A stretch of DNA of 64,000 nucleotides from an uncultured Alphaproteobacteria bacterium (GTDB taxonomy: Bacteria; Pseudomonadota; Alphaproteobacteria; Rhizobiales; Hyphomicrobiaceae). Of this stretch, positions 35,392 through 46,654 are shown piece after piece. A model generated the notes under the pieces. That model made no database searches and had not been told where the DNA came from. It worked only from the letters and a program-made list of their open reading frames with translations. A program made the position numbers and the translations under genes. The first letter of the stretch is position 1, and each line of letters begins with the position of its first letter. The stretch lies in assembly GCA_963741565.1 (NCBI GenBank), contig CAVUIK010000014.1, positions 10,550 to 74,549 on the forward strand. Reading direction: 5' to 3'.

Positions 35392-36596
35392 TGCTGTTCG
35401 AAGCGGTCAAACTCGCCCTCCAAGCCATCCAACGCAATGCGCTGCGCTCGTTCTTGACAGTTCTCGGGATCGTAATTGGGGTCGGAGCCGTGATCGCAAT
35501 GGTGACGATCGGAAACGGCACAACCGCCAAGGTGACCGCTGACCTAGCAAGGCTTGGCTCAAACCTTCTGTTCGTCAGCCCGGGTCAGTTTGGCCCCGGG
35601 CGAGCCAGTTCCGATGCGAGGTCCTTCAATGCGCGGGACGTCGAGGCGATGAAGTCACAACTGAATGGCATAAAGGCGGTGGCTCCGGTCGCTCAAAAAT
35701 CGGCAACCATCGTCTATGGCACTGACAATCGCATCACGGTCGTTACCGGAACCGACAACGACTATTTCATCACCCAGGATTGGGCATTGAAGGCGGGTCG
35801 GCAGTTCTATGATGGGGAAATGCGGGGCGGTCGGACCGCTTGCATCATAGGAACGACGGTGCGGGAGAAGCTTTTTGGTCTCAGCGATCCGCTTGGACGG
35901 AGCATGCGCGTTGGCAAGGTCTCGTGTGAAATCATCGGGCTACTCGACCCTAAGGGGCAATCGAGCTTCGGTACCGACCAGGACGACATCGTGGTGATGC
36001 CGATCCGCGCCTTCCACCGGCGGCTGGCTGGCAATACCGACATCACGCGTGTGATGGTTTCGGCCAAGGATGACATTGAGACAGCCATTGTGCAGGCCGC
36101 GATTGAGCAATTGCTTCGTGAGCGCCGGAATATCTCCCCAGGAAAAGAGGATGATTTTTCTGTTCGGGATATGAAGCAGATCGTAAAGGCGACTGCTGGC
36201 ACAACTGCAATGCTGACGGGCTTGCTGGGGGCTGTTGCGGCTGTCAGCCTGCTTGTCGGCGGCATCGGTATCATGAACATTATGCTCGTGTCGGTGACTG
36301 AGCGCACACACGAAATCGGGATTCGTTTGGCGATCGGAGCTTTGGAGCGCCAAGTGCTATCGCAGTTCCTGGTCGAAGCCGTTGTCTTGTCACTCTTTGG
36401 AGGACTGGTCGGTATCGTATTGGGCTTGGGGCTCGCCGGACTGGCCACGAACGCACTGCAAGTCCCATTCATTGTGGATTCCGGCATCGTCCTCATGGCA
36501 TTCATGTTTTCGGCCATCGTCGGCGTCGTCTTCGGATTTTTTCCGGCGCGGCGGGCGGCTCGGCTAAATCCAATCGACGCATTGCGGCATGAATAA
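35391..36596 (+). CDS. FtsX-family ABC permease (MacB-type transmembrane component)
   Basis: ATG 35391 overlaps the ATPase TGA by 1 nt. It has a MacB_PCD periplasmic domain and a C-terminal FtsX domain (GGIGIMNIMLVSVTERTHEIGIRLAIGA). Confidence 0.85.
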   Translation: MLFEAVKLALQAIQRNALRSFLTVLGIVIGVGAVIAMVTIGNGTTAKVTADLARLGSNLLFVSPGQFGPGRASSDARSFNARDVEAMKSQLNGIKAVAPVAQKSATIVYGTDNRITVVTGTDNDYFITQDWALKAGRQFYDGEMRGGRTACIIGTTVREKLFGLSDPLGRSMRVGKVSCEIIGLLDPKGQSSFGTDQDDIVVMPIRAFHRRLAGNTDITRVMVSAKDDIETAIVQAAIEQLLRERRNISPGKEDDFSVRDMKQIVKATAGTTAMLTGLLGAVAAVSLLVGGIGIMNIMLVSVTERTHEIGIRLAIGALERQVLSQFLVEAVVLSLFGGLVGIVLGLGLAGLATNALQVPFIVDSGIVLMAFMFSAIVGVVFGFFPARRAARLNPIDALRHE

Positions 36597-37691
36597 TTGA
36601 ATACGATTGGAGGACGACTAGCCCGGGCTCGATGAACCGGTAGACTTTCGCTAGGGGCCAGTCCCGCAGCTTGTCGCCATCTCACCTCTCGATCGAAGGT
36701 CATCTGGCATGTCCGCTGAACGCTTCATTTGGTCCGCGACCGCGCTGATGCCGCGGATCCGATCATGATCAGCTCAGCCAGATGTTCTGAATTGATATAT
36801 CCGACAAGCTGCTTCCGGGTGTCTACGACGCCAACGAGTCTGGAAAAGAGGCACCGCCGCGAAAGTGGCATAGGAGCGAACTCGGGCTCGTGCCAACAGG
36901 CACATTGGACCAGGCTATAATGCTGAGCTCGACTGTCGCGAGATAACTTGCAAGCGCACGCTGGAATAGCGCGCCGCTCTCGTGTACCGGCACACGATCG
37001 AGGGGAGACTGCGAGGCGGCGCGGCAATCCTCCTTGTCGTAAGTTTTGGTGGCCTTGGCGAACTCGCGCCGGATCCACTGACTACGTGCGTAATTGACCG
37101 AACGAGAGCCGCCGCCACCTACGTGGCTGTGTTGCCATTGTCGATCACTGATACGCGCCTTTGATCCTGGTCATAGCCCCTTGGGTCCGAGCATGGAAAG
37201 CGTTTGGATTTTGGCATGATAGATATCAGGAGCGCAAAAATGGACAAGCCCCACAACGATGACCGCTACCGCTCAATGCCGATCATGGCGTGGCCCTCCT
37301 TCGCCACAGGACCGTCGCTAGACGTCATGCAGCCGTCCGTCGCGAGCATGACTGAATTCGACAGCACGACCATCTTGGGCTGGATTGCCCGAGACGGGTC
37401 AAAGTGATCGCCGCCGAAGGCGGGCGTCAAGCGTTGGAACGGTTGCTGCAGGCTGGTCGCATCCGGAAGCCACGCAATTGCACTAACGCAGCACACAGTT
37501 GAAGATCACCGTCGAGAAAGCCTCCACAATTGTCTTCGCTGGTGGAACGCATGGCGCTGCGAACGTCACAGCTGACCAAGACCTTGACCTGCCCCATCTC
37601 CAGCATGGCGTGGGTATAGTCGGCAGTGAGAGTGCCTTGGACCCAGGTTCCCGGAATACACACACCGACCTGGAAACAGGAATTTCCTCCA

Positions 37692-40178
37692 ATGATTGCC
37701 AACGACAACGCACCAACGCTGCACGGCCTTTCGCAGTTGGAAGCGCGGCGGCGTCTGGCCGAGCACGGGTCGAATGCCCTGCTGGAAGCGAGGTCGATTG
37801 CCCTCTGGCAGCGGCTGCTCAGTCAATTCAAGAGCGCGCTCATCTACATCCTGCTGTTCGCGCTCGCCCTTGATCTAGCTCTCTGGCTGCATGAAGGCGC
37901 AAGCCAAGTTCCCTATGAAGCCATAGCCATCGCGCTCATCCTCGTTCTCAACGCTGGTCTCGGCACCTATCAGGAAAGCAAGGCCGAGGAGGCGTTGGCG
38001 CGCCTCAAGGCTCTCGCCATGCCGTCCGTCTGTGTCATGCGCGACGGTCAGCTGGCGCAAATTCCGGCGATCGAGCTCGTTCCCGGCGATATTGCCCGGA
38101 TCGAGGCCGGCGACCGCGTGCCGGCCGACGGCCACCTTGTGGACGGCCAGGGCGTGATGGCTGACGAATCGATCCTCACCGGGGAATCCTTACCCATCGA
38201 CAAGGATCTGCAGAGCGTGTTGCTCAGCGGCACGCTAATCGTGCGCAGCAAAGGTTACATCGAGGTCACCAAGACGGGTCCTCAGAGTACGATGGGGCAG
38301 CTTGCGACCATGCTCGGTGGGATCGAAGCGGGTAAGACCCCGCTCGAGCGTCGGCTCGGCGTGTTCGGCAACCAGGTCGCAATCGCTATCCTAATGGTGG
38401 GCCTCGCCCTAACCATCGGCGGTCTGGTGGTTGAGGGGCCTGGGCGCCTCGGACAAGTCGTCCTGTTCTCTGTCGCCCTGGCTGTGGCCGCCGTACCGGA
38501 AGGTCTGCCGGCGGTCTTGACCCTGACGCTGGCGATGGGCGTCGAGCGATTGGCCAAGCGCAAAGCCATCGTTCGGCGTCTCAGCGCTGTCGAGGCTCTG
38601 GGCTCCGTCACCGTCATCGCCACGGACAAGACCGGAACCCTCACCGAGAACCGCATGCACGTGCGGGCAATCGATGCCCCCGATGCCGACCGGGCGCTAC
38701 GTGCCATGGTGCTGGCAAACGATGCCGAGATTGCAACGGGAGTGGGCGACCCGCTCGAAATCGCCCTGCTCGACTACGCAGCAAAGAACGGCGCTGATCC
38801 TGCCCATGTAGCAGCCAGCCGTCCGCGGGTCTCCAGCCGTCCTTTCGACAGCGTGACGAAGTTCATGCGCGTCACGGTGAGCGAGAGCGGCCAGGAGGTC
38901 AGCTATCTCAAGGGAGCGCCGGAGGTCCTCATCGGGCGGAGTTCGCTGTCGTTCCAGGAAAAGCGCGATTGGGAGGCCAAGGCGCTGACGCATGCGAGCG
39001 AAGGCTATCGCATTCTGGCGCTTGGCTGGCGAGAAGAGGAGCGGGACGAGGATATCACATTTCTGGGTCTGGTGATGCTGTGGGATCCGCCACGCCCTGA
39101 GGTGCCGGAAGCGCTGCGGCGCGCGAAAGCTGCGGGCATCCGTGTGGTCATGATCACGGGCGATCATCCGGCCACGGCCAAAGCTGTTGGCGAGGCCATC
39201 GGCATCACAACAGAACGCGCTGTCATCGGGTCCGAAGTCGAGCAGGCGTCGTCCGAGCAACTGCGTGAGCTTGTTCGCCACGTCAACGTGTTTGCGCGTG
39301 TGGCACCCGAGCACAAGCTCCGCCTTGTCGAGGCTCTCAAGGCTAACGGCGAGATTGTTGCTGTGACGGGAGATGGCGTCAACGACGCACCGGCACTCAA
39401 GCGTTCCGACGTCGGCGTCGCCATGGGGCAGCGCGGCAGCGATGTCGCGCGGGAGGTGTCCGACATCGTCTTGCTAGATGATAATTTCGCCACCATCGTC
39501 ACTGCCATCGAGGAAGGCCGCAGCATCTACGAGAATATCCAGAAATTCATCCGGTTCTTCTTTTCCACGGATCTGGCACTCATCGTGCTCATGGTTGCCG
39601 GCCTCGGTCTGGCCTTCCTGCTCGGCATCAAGGACCCGATCGGCGGCACATTCCTGTTGCCACTGACGGCCGCGCAGTTGCTTTGGATCAATGTCGTGGC
39701 CGATGGGCCTCCCGCGCTTGCCTTGGCCGTTGATCGCAATCCCGATGTGATGAGCAGACCACCCCGACCGCCGAGCTCGAGACTTCTTGATGCAGCCTCT
39801 CTCCGTTTCATCGTCATCTCTGGCACGGCAAAAGCCATTGGGGGTATCGCTTTCCTCGCCGCCATGCCGCAACTCGGCTACTCGCTCGAAGAGACGCGGA
39901 CATCCGTCTTTCTCTACGAATCCATGATGCAGCTGGTCTTTGTCTATCCAGCGAGGCGGATCGGCGTGGTGCCATTGCCCAACATCTGGATACACGTTGC
40001 GGTCGGGCTGGGCATGGTGCTGCAGGCATCGACTGTCATCCTGCCGCCGCTCCGCATATTGCTCGGGCTCGTTCCCGTCAGCGCTGGGGTCACTGTCGCC
40101 ATCGTCGTTGCGGTCTTGCTCACTTGGGCCATTGCGGAACTCGTTGGGCGGCAACCACGGGTGTCCCGCCATCAGTAA
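37692..40178 (+). CDS. cation-transporting P2-type (SERCA-like Ca2+/Mg2+) ATPase
   Basis: ATG 37692 ([14 protein letters not shown]...). Motifs [24 protein letters not shown] and [11 protein letters not shown], with 10 predicted TM segments. Confidence 0.85.
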   Translation: MIANDNAPTLHGLSQLEARRRLAEHGSNALLEARSIALWQRLLSQFKSALIYILLFALALDLALWLHEGASQVPYEAIAIALILVLNAGLGTYQESKAEEALARLKALAMPSVCVMRDGQLAQIPAIELVPGDIARIEAGDRVPADGHLVDGQGVMADESILTGESLPIDKDLQSVLLSGTLIVRSKGYIEVTKTGPQSTMGQLATMLGGIEAGKTPLERRLGVFGNQVAIAILMVGLALTIGGLVVEGPGRLGQVVLFSVALAVAAVPEGLPAVLTLTLAMGVERLAKRKAIVRRLSAVEALGSVTVIATDKTGTLTENRMHVRAIDAPDADRALRAMVLANDAEIATGVGDPLEIALLDYAAKNGADPAHVAASRPRVSSRPFDSVTKFMRVTVSESGQEVSYLKGAPEVLIGRSSLSFQEKRDWEAKALTHASEGYRILALGWREEERDEDITFLGLVMLWDPPRPEVPEALRRAKAAGIRVVMITGDHPATAKAVGEAIGITTERAVIGSEVEQASSEQLRELVRHVNVFARVAPEHKLRLVEALKANGEIVAVTGDGVNDAPALKRSDVGVAMGQRGSDVAREVSDIVLLDDNFATIVTAIEEGRSIYENIQKFIRFFFSTDLALIVLMVAGLGLAFLLGIKDPIGGTFLLPLTAAQLLWINVVADGPPALALAVDRNPDVMSRPPRPPSSRLLDAASLRFIVISGTAKAIGGIAFLAAMPQLGYSLEETRTSVFLYESMMQLVFVYPARRIGVVPLPNIWIHVAVGLGMVLQASTVILPPLRILLGLVPVSAGVTVAIVVAVLLTWAIAELVGRQPRVSRHQ

Positions 40179-40361
40179 GAAACGCCCTACTGCGCGAACA
40201 CGCTGACCAATATCCATGATCACCGAATGATCGCTGGGCGCCGCCCGAGGATAGAGGTGCCTGGGGTTCACGTTCGCCTAAAGCTTCCCTACGCTCCAGG
40301 AGCCGATGCGCACTGTTCCGCCGCGAGGCATGGCGTCCTGAGCCCTGCTCTGTTGCGGCCC

Positions 40362-40697
40362 CTAATCGCGCAACGAAATGATGTACTCCGCGAGGTGGCT
40401 CAGATGACGCTCTTCGATCGGTAGGCCTGGCATCGGATGGCGCGGGATCGTGATGAATGCCTTTAATCGTTCCCGCGTTTGGTGCTCCCGGCGTGCAATT
40501 TCACTGAAGCTCGGCACGAAGACGCCTTGAACCAAGGTCCCCTTGGCCAAGCCAATGCCGTGGCATCCGGCGCATTCACGAGACGCAATCTGCTCACCGA
40601 GTGCGCGATCTCCGGCCTGTGCATGAGCTGGTCCGGCTGCCAGCCCACCCGAGACCACTGCACAATAGGCAATGCCGAATATTCTGGACGCTGTCAT
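40362..40697 (-). CDS. small periplasmic c-type cytochrome
   Basis: ATG 40697 lies 8 nt after GGAGG. It has a signal peptide and the haem motif CAGCH. It is a paralogue of ORF 46655..46996 (shared ...F.EIA....M....L.....P...MP......E......Y I.SLR pattern). Confidence 0.7.
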   Translation of the reverse strand: MTASRIFGIAYCAVVSGGLAAGPAHAQAGDRALGEQIASRECAGCHGIGLAKGTLVQGVFVPSFSEIARREHQTRERLKAFITIPRHPMPGLPIEERHLSHLAEYIISLRD

Positions 40698-40990
40698 CGC
40701 AGGAACCTCCGGCCATCTCTTCATTCTGCCCATGCAGGCCTTCCGCCCCGAACAATGTGCGTGGATGCCGAGGTTGACATCATGCACTCCTTGCATCGGC
40801 GTTCGTCCTATTCCTTCTCCCGACAAGTGCTCGTCATCATCTTCAGCGGCGCATGGTCATCGCGGCGCGCACCCGTCGCTCGGCCAACTGCGCGCAGAAT
40901 GCGTGTGTCGACATAGGCGTTCGGACAGCATCGCTCGACGGAGCAGAAGACACCGATCAGCCGCCACAACGAGGAGCGGTCGACGCCGGC

Positions 40991-41104
40991 ATCGTGAAGC
41001 TGATCCACAAATATCGCCGCTCTGGCTACCGCAAAATCACAACGTTGCAGCGGATAACGGGAGGCTCGGCGGTCAACGACCGCGGTGCCGAGCGGATCTG
41101 GAGA
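40991..41104 (+). pseudogene. 38-codon relic of an IS3-type transposase/integrase N-terminal region
   Basis: Part of the composite ORF 40853..41500 reads IVKLIHKYRRSGYRKITTLQRITGGSAVNDRGAERIWR. This resembles the YGYRKIT..L...G..VN.KRVERIWR segment of IS3-type OrfB proteins. Similarity is cut at the stop of the convergent gene. Confidence 0.35.
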
Positions 41105-41503
41105 CTATCGGCCGCGCGGTGGCATCTGATGGTCTGCCTTGAAGTATGCGCGGCCATGGGCGATCAATTCACCGTCGGTGAGGTCGTCGAGGGTTTCGAC
41201 GCCAGCAATCTTTGCACGCACCAGCGGCGCGTAGCGCGCCACGTGTTTGACAAATTCGTTCTTGGTCTTTGCGGGTCCCGCAACGAGAACGGCCCCAGTA
41301 TCGGCAATGGCCTCCGTCACACGTTGAAGGAAGGCATGATCCTCCGCCGCGTGGCCGCTACCAATGCTGTTGGCTTTGTGATGAATGTGTCGTTCTGGAT
41401 TGTGCGGGCGCAGTACCAGCTTCTCAACTTCGCTAAGATCGAAATGGAAAACGCGGGCTTCAAGGTGGTCGATCCAGACGATTGCATGATGGCGGCTTGA
41501 CAT
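41105..41503 (-). CDS. conserved small protein of the eRF1-like 'translational machinery'/host-attachment type
   Basis: ATG 41503 (MSSRHHAIVWIDHLEARVFHF...HHKANSIGSGHAAEDHAF...LVAGPAKTKNEFVKH...). 132 aa. A perfect FixK-type box is centred 89 nt upstream. The family assignment is from memory. Confidence 0.55.
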   Translation of the reverse strand: MSSRHHAIVWIDHLEARVFHFDLSEVEKLVLRPHNPERHIHHKANSIGSGHAAEDHAFLQRVTEAIADTGAVLVAGPAKTKNEFVKHVARYAPLVRAKIAGVETLDDLTDGELIAHGRAYFKADHQMPPRGR

Positions 41504-41585
41504 TGGGGCCTCGGCTTCAAGGCTGCCACATGGACAGCTACGGATTGATTGGATCGTCACATAGCGCCTGTCGGGTTCGTCGCGC

Positions 41586-41599
41586 TTGATACCGGTCAA
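41586..41599. promoter_or_regulatory. perfect FixK/FNR-type box TTGATACCGGTCAA
   Basis: Read directly from the sequence. It is intergenic, upstream of the minus-strand gene starting at 41503. Confidence 0.6.
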
Positions 41600-42010
41600 T
41601 CGTTTGGTCGCGACGCTGGGCTGTCTGGGGACTGCGGTACCGATGGTTCGAGCAGATGTTTACTGCGTCGCGCCCTCTGCAATTGTCAGGCTGCCGCATT
41701 AACTTTCAGGCTGCCGCATTCGCCGCCGCCCGCGATCCCCGGATCTGCGCAACGGCAAACGTTGATCACGAAGTCGGCGGTCAGCCGGAGTGCCGCGCGG
41801 CCCTGGAACGTCTTTGGTAACGGCGAACAACGCCAGAACCGCACCTTCACGGATCAACTCCTCTCTTGCTGGCGCGCTGATTGGTAGTCATGCCGACGCC
41901 GGCTTGGGTTGATCGACATCAACGCGCAGGCTCTGGCTCTGAGGAAGTAATTCAAAGCGAGGTTTCGGATCGCCGCCGATGCCAACCGGAGCGCCAGTCC
42001 GAAGTCTGTA

Positions 42011-42162
42011 GATGCGGGGATCATCGACCCGACCGAAGTGGTGCGCATCGTACTTGAGAATGCCTCTTGGTTGCGAGCGTATTGCTCCTGACCGCGGCGA
42101 CGATGGCCGATCTGCCGGTGTCGAAATCTCAAGCGCCAGGCACTGCCAGCGTGTCGATGTGA
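42011..42162 (+). pseudogene. groEL: 3'-terminal scar of a groEL gene (one frameshift)
   Basis: Reads DAGIIDPTEVVRIVLENAS, then after a frame change LVASVLLLTAATMADLPVSKSQAPGTASVSM-stop. This matches the GroEL C-terminal AGIIDPTKVVR..L.NAASVA.LLLTTEA...E.P pattern. Weaker similarity may extend back to about 41930. Confidence 0.55.
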
Positions 42163-42268
42163 AGCAAATAGGTTTAGCCGAGATCGAGCCGTCGCGCGCA
42201 TCACGACTTGCTGGCACTGCTCCACCTCCACGGTGGTGACCCGACATGACGCATCCAGAGAGGTATCT

Positions 42269-44272
42269 ATGGCAACCATGGAGCAACAGCGCGATCGGTT
42301 TGTGAGCCGGCAGGTGGAAGCCCGGGGTGTACGCGATCCACTCGTCCTTGCCGCCATGAGGGCGGTGCGGCGGGAGTTGTTCGTTCCCAAGGCACTCCGC
42401 GACGAAGCTTACGATGATACACCACTGTCCATAGGTTCCGGCCAGACGATCTCGCAGCCCTATATTGTTGCGTTCATGATCGAAGCGCTGGCGCTTCGCG
42501 GTGGCGAGAAGGTGCTCGAGATCGGCGCCGGCTCCGGCTATGCCGCAGCCGTTCTTGCAGAGATCGGACGGGAGGTCTTCACAATCGAGCGGATTGGCCA
42601 ACTTGCCGAGAGAGCAGCGCGGAATCTGGAGGCGGCCGGCTGCGCCAATGTCCATGTTCGCCATGCTGATGGGACTGAAGGCTGGATCGATGAGGCTCCA
42701 TTCGATGCGATTTTGGTATCGGCTGGCGCGCCCAACGTTCCGAGGTCGCTGATGCAGCAGCTTAAAATTGGTGCGCACATGGTGGTGCCTGTCGGAAGCG
42801 ATCCAAAATCCCAGGAGCTTGTTCGGATTACACGCGTGGATGACCAGGAGTACGACCGCGAGGATATCGCAGACGTGCGGTTCGTGCCGCTGATCGGCAA
42901 GGAAGGCTGGGAGAGCGACGACGGCGATTGGCAAACAAAACCACCTCGCGTGGTGCAGTCACGACCCGCCGTCAGCGTGTCGTTGCCTGGCCTTATCGCC
43001 AAGCATGCAGAAACCTTCGGCAGGCTCGAAGACGCAGATCTCGAGCCACTATTGGGGCGGATCGGCGACGCGCGTGTCGTGCTGATCGGCGAGGCAAGTC
43101 ACGGAACATCCGAGTTCTACCGCATGCGGGCGCGGATCACGCAGCGGCTCATCGAAGCCAAAGGCTTCAGCATCGTTACCGCCGAAGCTGACTGGCCCGA
43201 CGCCGCGCGAATCGATCATTACGTTCGCCACCGCGAGGTACCGCCGTCCGAATGGACGGCCTTCGCACGCTTCCCGACCTGGATGTGGCGCAACGAGGAG
43301 ACACGCAGCTTCATCGACTGGTTACATAAGAGAAACTCGTCTCTGGAGGTTCGCCAGCGCACCGCCTTCTACGGTCTAGATCTCTACAGCCTCTATACGT
43401 CGGCCCGCGCTGTCATCGATTATTTGGAGTCGGTCGATCCAGCACTCGCTGCCATCGCGAGGCAGCGATATGGCTGTCTGTCGCCTTGGGAAGCCGACCC
43501 AGCCGCGTATGGCCGCGCGGCACTGCGGGGGACCTATCACAAATGTGAGCAGGCGGTGGCCCACATTCTCGTCGAGCTGCTCCAGAAACGACAGGCGTAC
43601 GTATTGCGCGACGGCGAACGGTTCTTCGATGCCTCGCAGAACGCGAGGCTGGTGGCCAACGCGGAGCAGTACTACCGGATCATGTATTACGGCTCGCGAG
43701 CCTCCTGGAACCACCGTGATTCTCACATGTTCGTGACGTTGAAGAACGTCCTTGCGCACCACGGGCCCGCGGCAAAGGCCGTAATCTGGGCACACAACTC
43801 TCACATCGGTGACGCCTCAGCCACAGAAATGGGTCGGCGTGGCGAGCACAACATCGGGCAGCTCTGCCGCAAGCAATTCGGCGAGGCGTGCTTCTCGATA
43901 GGTTTTGGAACCAACGACGGAAAAGTCGCCGCGGCCTCAGGCTGGGACGAACCGATGCAAGTCATGGACGTGCGGCCCGCGCATCCTCAGAGCTACGAGC
44001 GGCACTTCCATATGACCAGCGCGCCGGGCCTGCTGCTGCCGCTGAGGGAGCCGAGAAGCGCGGAACTGTGCGAGAAACTTGAGAAACCACGGCTCCAGCG
44101 CGCGATCGGTGTGATTTACCGCCCAGACAGTGAGCTCGCGAGCCATTACTTCGAAGTCGTTCTCCCGAAGCAATTCGATGAGTACATCTGGATCGACCGG
44201 ACCAGTGCCGTGAAGCCGTTCGATGTGGCTGAGCTTCAGGGCTTGCCGGATACATATCCATTCGGGCTCTAG
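42269..44272 (+). CDS. pcm: fusion protein: protein-L-isoaspartate O-methyltransferase (N-terminal) plus erythromycin-esterase-like domain (C-terminal)
   Basis: ATG 42269. The N-terminal ~215 aa carry [13 protein letters not shown]...[16 protein letters not shown]...[10 protein letters not shown]. The C-terminal ~430 aa carry [15 protein letters not shown]...TAEADWPDA...WAHNSHIGD (EreA/PF05139-like). Confidence 0.8.
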   Translation: MATMEQQRDRFVSRQVEARGVRDPLVLAAMRAVRRELFVPKALRDEAYDDTPLSIGSGQTISQPYIVAFMIEALALRGGEKVLEIGAGSGYAAAVLAEIGREVFTIERIGQLAERAARNLEAAGCANVHVRHADGTEGWIDEAPFDAILVSAGAPNVPRSLMQQLKIGAHMVVPVGSDPKSQELVRITRVDDQEYDREDIADVRFVPLIGKEGWESDDGDWQTKPPRVVQSRPAVSVSLPGLIAKHAETFGRLEDADLEPLLGRIGDARVVLIGEASHGTSEFYRMRARITQRLIEAKGFSIVTAEADWPDAARIDHYVRHREVPPSEWTAFARFPTWMWRNEETRSFIDWLHKRNSSLEVRQRTAFYGLDLYSLYTSARAVIDYLESVDPALAAIARQRYGCLSPWEADPAAYGRAALRGTYHKCEQAVAHILVELLQKRQAYVLRDGERFFDASQNARLVANAEQYYRIMYYGSRASWNHRDSHMFVTLKNVLAHHGPAAKAVIWAHNSHIGDASATEMGRRGEHNIGQLCRKQFGEACFSIGFGTNDGKVAAASGWDEPMQVMDVRPAHPQSYERHFHMTSAPGLLLPLREPRSAELCEKLEKPRLQRAIGVIYRPDSELASHYFEVVLPKQFDEYIWIDRTSAVKPFDVAELQGLPDTYPFGL

Positions 44273-44324
44273 GCCAGCATCTCAGAACCGTTGCGGTGAT
44301 TGCCGCGTCCTCATGCGAGGCTTC

Positions 44325-45272
44325 ATGGAATTCAAAGATTACTACAAGGTATTGGGGCTGGAGCGCAATGCAACCCAGGACGAGGTCAAGAAGACCTATC
44401 GCAAGCTTGCCCGCACATATCACCCCGACATCAACAAGGATGTCGGTGCCGAGGCCAGGTTCAAGGAGATCGGTGAGGCCAACGAGGTGCTTTCCGACGC
44501 CGGCAAGCGCGCCGCCTACGATCAATTGGGTCAGCAATGGCAGCCCGGTCAGGAGTTCCGTCCACCGCCGGACTGGGACGCGGGGTTCGAGTTCTCCGGC
44601 GCGACATCGCAACGTGCAGGAGGTGAGTTCAGTGATTTCTTCGAGACCCTATTCAGCAGAATGCAGCGGGGTGAGGAGCCATCGCGCGGCCGAGCCGAGT
44701 TCCATGCACGCGGCGAAGACCACCATGCCAAGATTTTGATCGATCTGCGCGATTCTCTCGAGGGGGCCACTCGGAAATTATCACTGCGCATGCCGGCGGT
44801 TGATGCCGACGGACACGTCATTCTGAAGGACCACACGCTTAACGTCACGATCCCGAAAGGCGTTACGGAAGGTCAGAGTATTCGGCTGAAAGGCCAGGGG
44901 GCCCCAGGAACCGGACGGTTGCCGGCTGGTGATTTGTATCTGGAGATCCATTTCAACCGGGATCCCCTGTATCGTGCCGCCGGAAGCGATCTCTATGTCG
45001 AGTTCCCCGTCGCCCCGTGGGAAGCAGCGCTCGGCGCCACCGTCAAGTTCCCGACACCGGTAGGGCCGATTATGCTCAAGATCCCAGCAGGCTCGTCGCA
45101 GGGTCGTGAATTGCGCATTAAGGGCCGCGGCATACCTGCGGCCAAGCCGGGAGATCTCTACGCCGTTCTGAAGATCGTCTTGCCGCCAGCCGATACCGAA
45201 AAGGCCAGACAGATCTACGCGGACATGGCGCACGAGCTTGCTTTTGATCCCAGGTCAGATTTTGGAGTCTAG
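44325..45272 (+). CDS. cbpA: curved-DNA-binding protein / DnaJ-class co-chaperone without zinc finger
   Basis: ATG 44325 ([38 protein letters not shown]). J domain with HPD, no CxxCxGxG repeats, and DnaJ C-terminal domains. Confidence 0.85.
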   Translation: MEFKDYYKVLGLERNATQDEVKKTYRKLARTYHPDINKDVGAEARFKEIGEANEVLSDAGKRAAYDQLGQQWQPGQEFRPPPDWDAGFEFSGATSQRAGGEFSDFFETLFSRMQRGEEPSRGRAEFHARGEDHHAKILIDLRDSLEGATRKLSLRMPAVDADGHVILKDHTLNVTIPKGVTEGQSIRLKGQGAPGTGRLPAGDLYLEIHFNRDPLYRAAGSDLYVEFPVAPWEAALGATVKFPTPVGPIMLKIPAGSSQGRELRIKGRGIPAAKPGDLYAVLKIVLPPADTEKARQIYADMAHELAFDPRSDFGV

Positions 45273-45278
45273 ATTGCC

Positions 45279-45614
45279 ATGACGGACGACAGCAAAATCT
45301 GCGTGACCGCTGAGATTGTTGATGCAGAAAGTCTCCTCACCATCGACGACCTATGTCTTGCCTGCAATGTCGATGTCAATTGGCTCGTTGAGCTAGTCGC
45401 TCATGGCGTGATCGAGCCTATCGGCCAGGCGAGAGCGGACTGGAAATTCACCAGCCTCACAATTGTTCGCGTCGCCAAGGCAAGGCGTCTCGAACGGGAT
45501 CTCAGCCTTAATCCTCCTGGCGTTGCGCTGGTGCTCGACCTGCTTGACGAGATCGACGGCCTTCACGCTCAACTCCAGTCGGTTCGCGGGCACATGACGA
45601 AGCACGAACGATAG
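45279..45614 (+). CDS. cbpM: chaperone-modulator protein CbpM (MerR-like fold)
   Basis: 111 aa, starting 6 nt after cbpA. The pattern LTIDDLC..C.V...WLVELV..GVIEP...W.F......R...A.RL..DL is typical of CbpM. Confidence 0.75.
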   Translation: MTDDSKICVTAEIVDAESLLTIDDLCLACNVDVNWLVELVAHGVIEPIGQARADWKFTSLTIVRVAKARRLERDLSLNPPGVALVLDLLDEIDGLHAQLQSVRGHMTKHER

Positions 45615-45840
45615 CTCAACGGGAATTCTCTCGTTCAGCAATGGTTCGCTTGCTCGGTTGCTGGCGTCCTCACTAAGCGTGCCGACCCTATCGGTCCACA
45701 CAGCGCCGGCGCGAGCGGATTCGATTTGCGACCGGTTGGGTCACCCGGCCGACGGAAGCCATCAAATCCTCCGACCGCCGGCATAGGCACCCTGACCAAT
45801 GCTTCTGCCAATGCGCGGCACGCCTCGAACGTAAGTCACC

Positions 45841-45854
45841 TTGATTGCGGTCAA
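45841..45854. promoter_or_regulatory. perfect FixK/FNR-type box TTGATTGCGGTCAA
   Basis: Read directly from the sequence. Its centre is 73 nt upstream of ATG 45921 of the CBS-BON gene. Confidence 0.6.
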
Positions 45855-45920
45855 TGACTCAACTCGCAAGAAGCTGGCTAGATCCAGCCAAATATGGCTG
45901 TCAAGGCAAGGAGCGTTGCC

Positions 45921-46613
45921 ATGCTTGCGAACCAGATCATGACATCCCCCGTGACGACGATTGCGGCGACGACGCCGGTTCGCGAGATTGCGGCGCTCAT
46001 GGCCAAGCGCAGTTTCAGCGGCGTGCCCGTCGTCGATGCAAAAGGCCAGTTGCTCGGCATCGTCAGTGAGTCCGATCTGATGCGCGGCCTCACTCGAGAT
46101 GCAGGCGCGACCAGCAAATGGTGGCTGATTGGTCTTTCGCGCTCCGACGACATGGCGCGTGCCTACACCAAGAGCCATGGCTCCACGGCTGCTGATTTGA
46201 TGACTCGACACGTTGCGACGATCCGCGACGATGCAACACTGCCGGAAGTCGCGGAAAGTCTGGCCGCGCACGGTATCAAGCGGCTTCCCGTGATGCGCGA
46301 CGGCAGGCTCGTCGGTATCATCACCCGCCGCGATCTTGTCCATGCGTTGGCGCGGAGCGCGGCCACGCCGACTGCGAGCATGAGCAATGCGTCTTTGCAG
46401 AAGCAGCTTCTCGAGCGCATGGCACGGGAGCGGTGGCTCGATGCGAGCTATGTCAATGTCCTCGTTAGCGACGATGTCATAGAACTCAACGGTTACATTG
46501 CATCCTCTGAGCAGAAGCGGGCGCTCGAGGTCTTGGCCTCCGAGTTCGGCTCGAAACATCGGCTCCTCAACAAGCTTGAGATTGGACTGCCACTTGTCAG
46601 TGATTTCGCGTGA
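45921..46613 (+). CDS. CBS-pair plus BON domain protein
   Basis: ATG 45921 after AAGGAG. Two CBS motifs (GVPVVDAKGQLLGIVSESDL; RLPVMRDGRLVGIITRRDL) and a C-terminal BON-like segment (VNVLVSDDVIELNGYIASSEQKRALEVLA). Confidence 0.8.
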   Translation: MLANQIMTSPVTTIAATTPVREIAALMAKRSFSGVPVVDAKGQLLGIVSESDLMRGLTRDAGATSKWWLIGLSRSDDMARAYTKSHGSTAADLMTRHVATIRDDATLPEVAESLAAHGIKRLPVMRDGRLVGIITRRDLVHALARSAATPTASMSNASLQKQLLERMARERWLDASYVNVLVSDDVIELNGYIASSEQKRALEVLASEFGSKHRLLNKLEIGLPLVSDFA

Positions 46614-46654
46614 CTCTTCGGGCGACTTAACGAACCCGTCAGGGGAGGCGACAC

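Noticed and set aside
40770-40790. TTGACATCATGCA upstream of the cytochrome c gene 40362..40697, considered as another FixK box.
   Set aside because: Only the left half-site matches and the right half is absent. It was not counted.
40853-41500. 215-aa plus-strand ORF that could be taken as a gene.
   Set aside because: It is composite. Only residues 47-84 resemble anything (a transposase relic). The rest is antisense to the well-supported eRF1-like gene 41105..41503.
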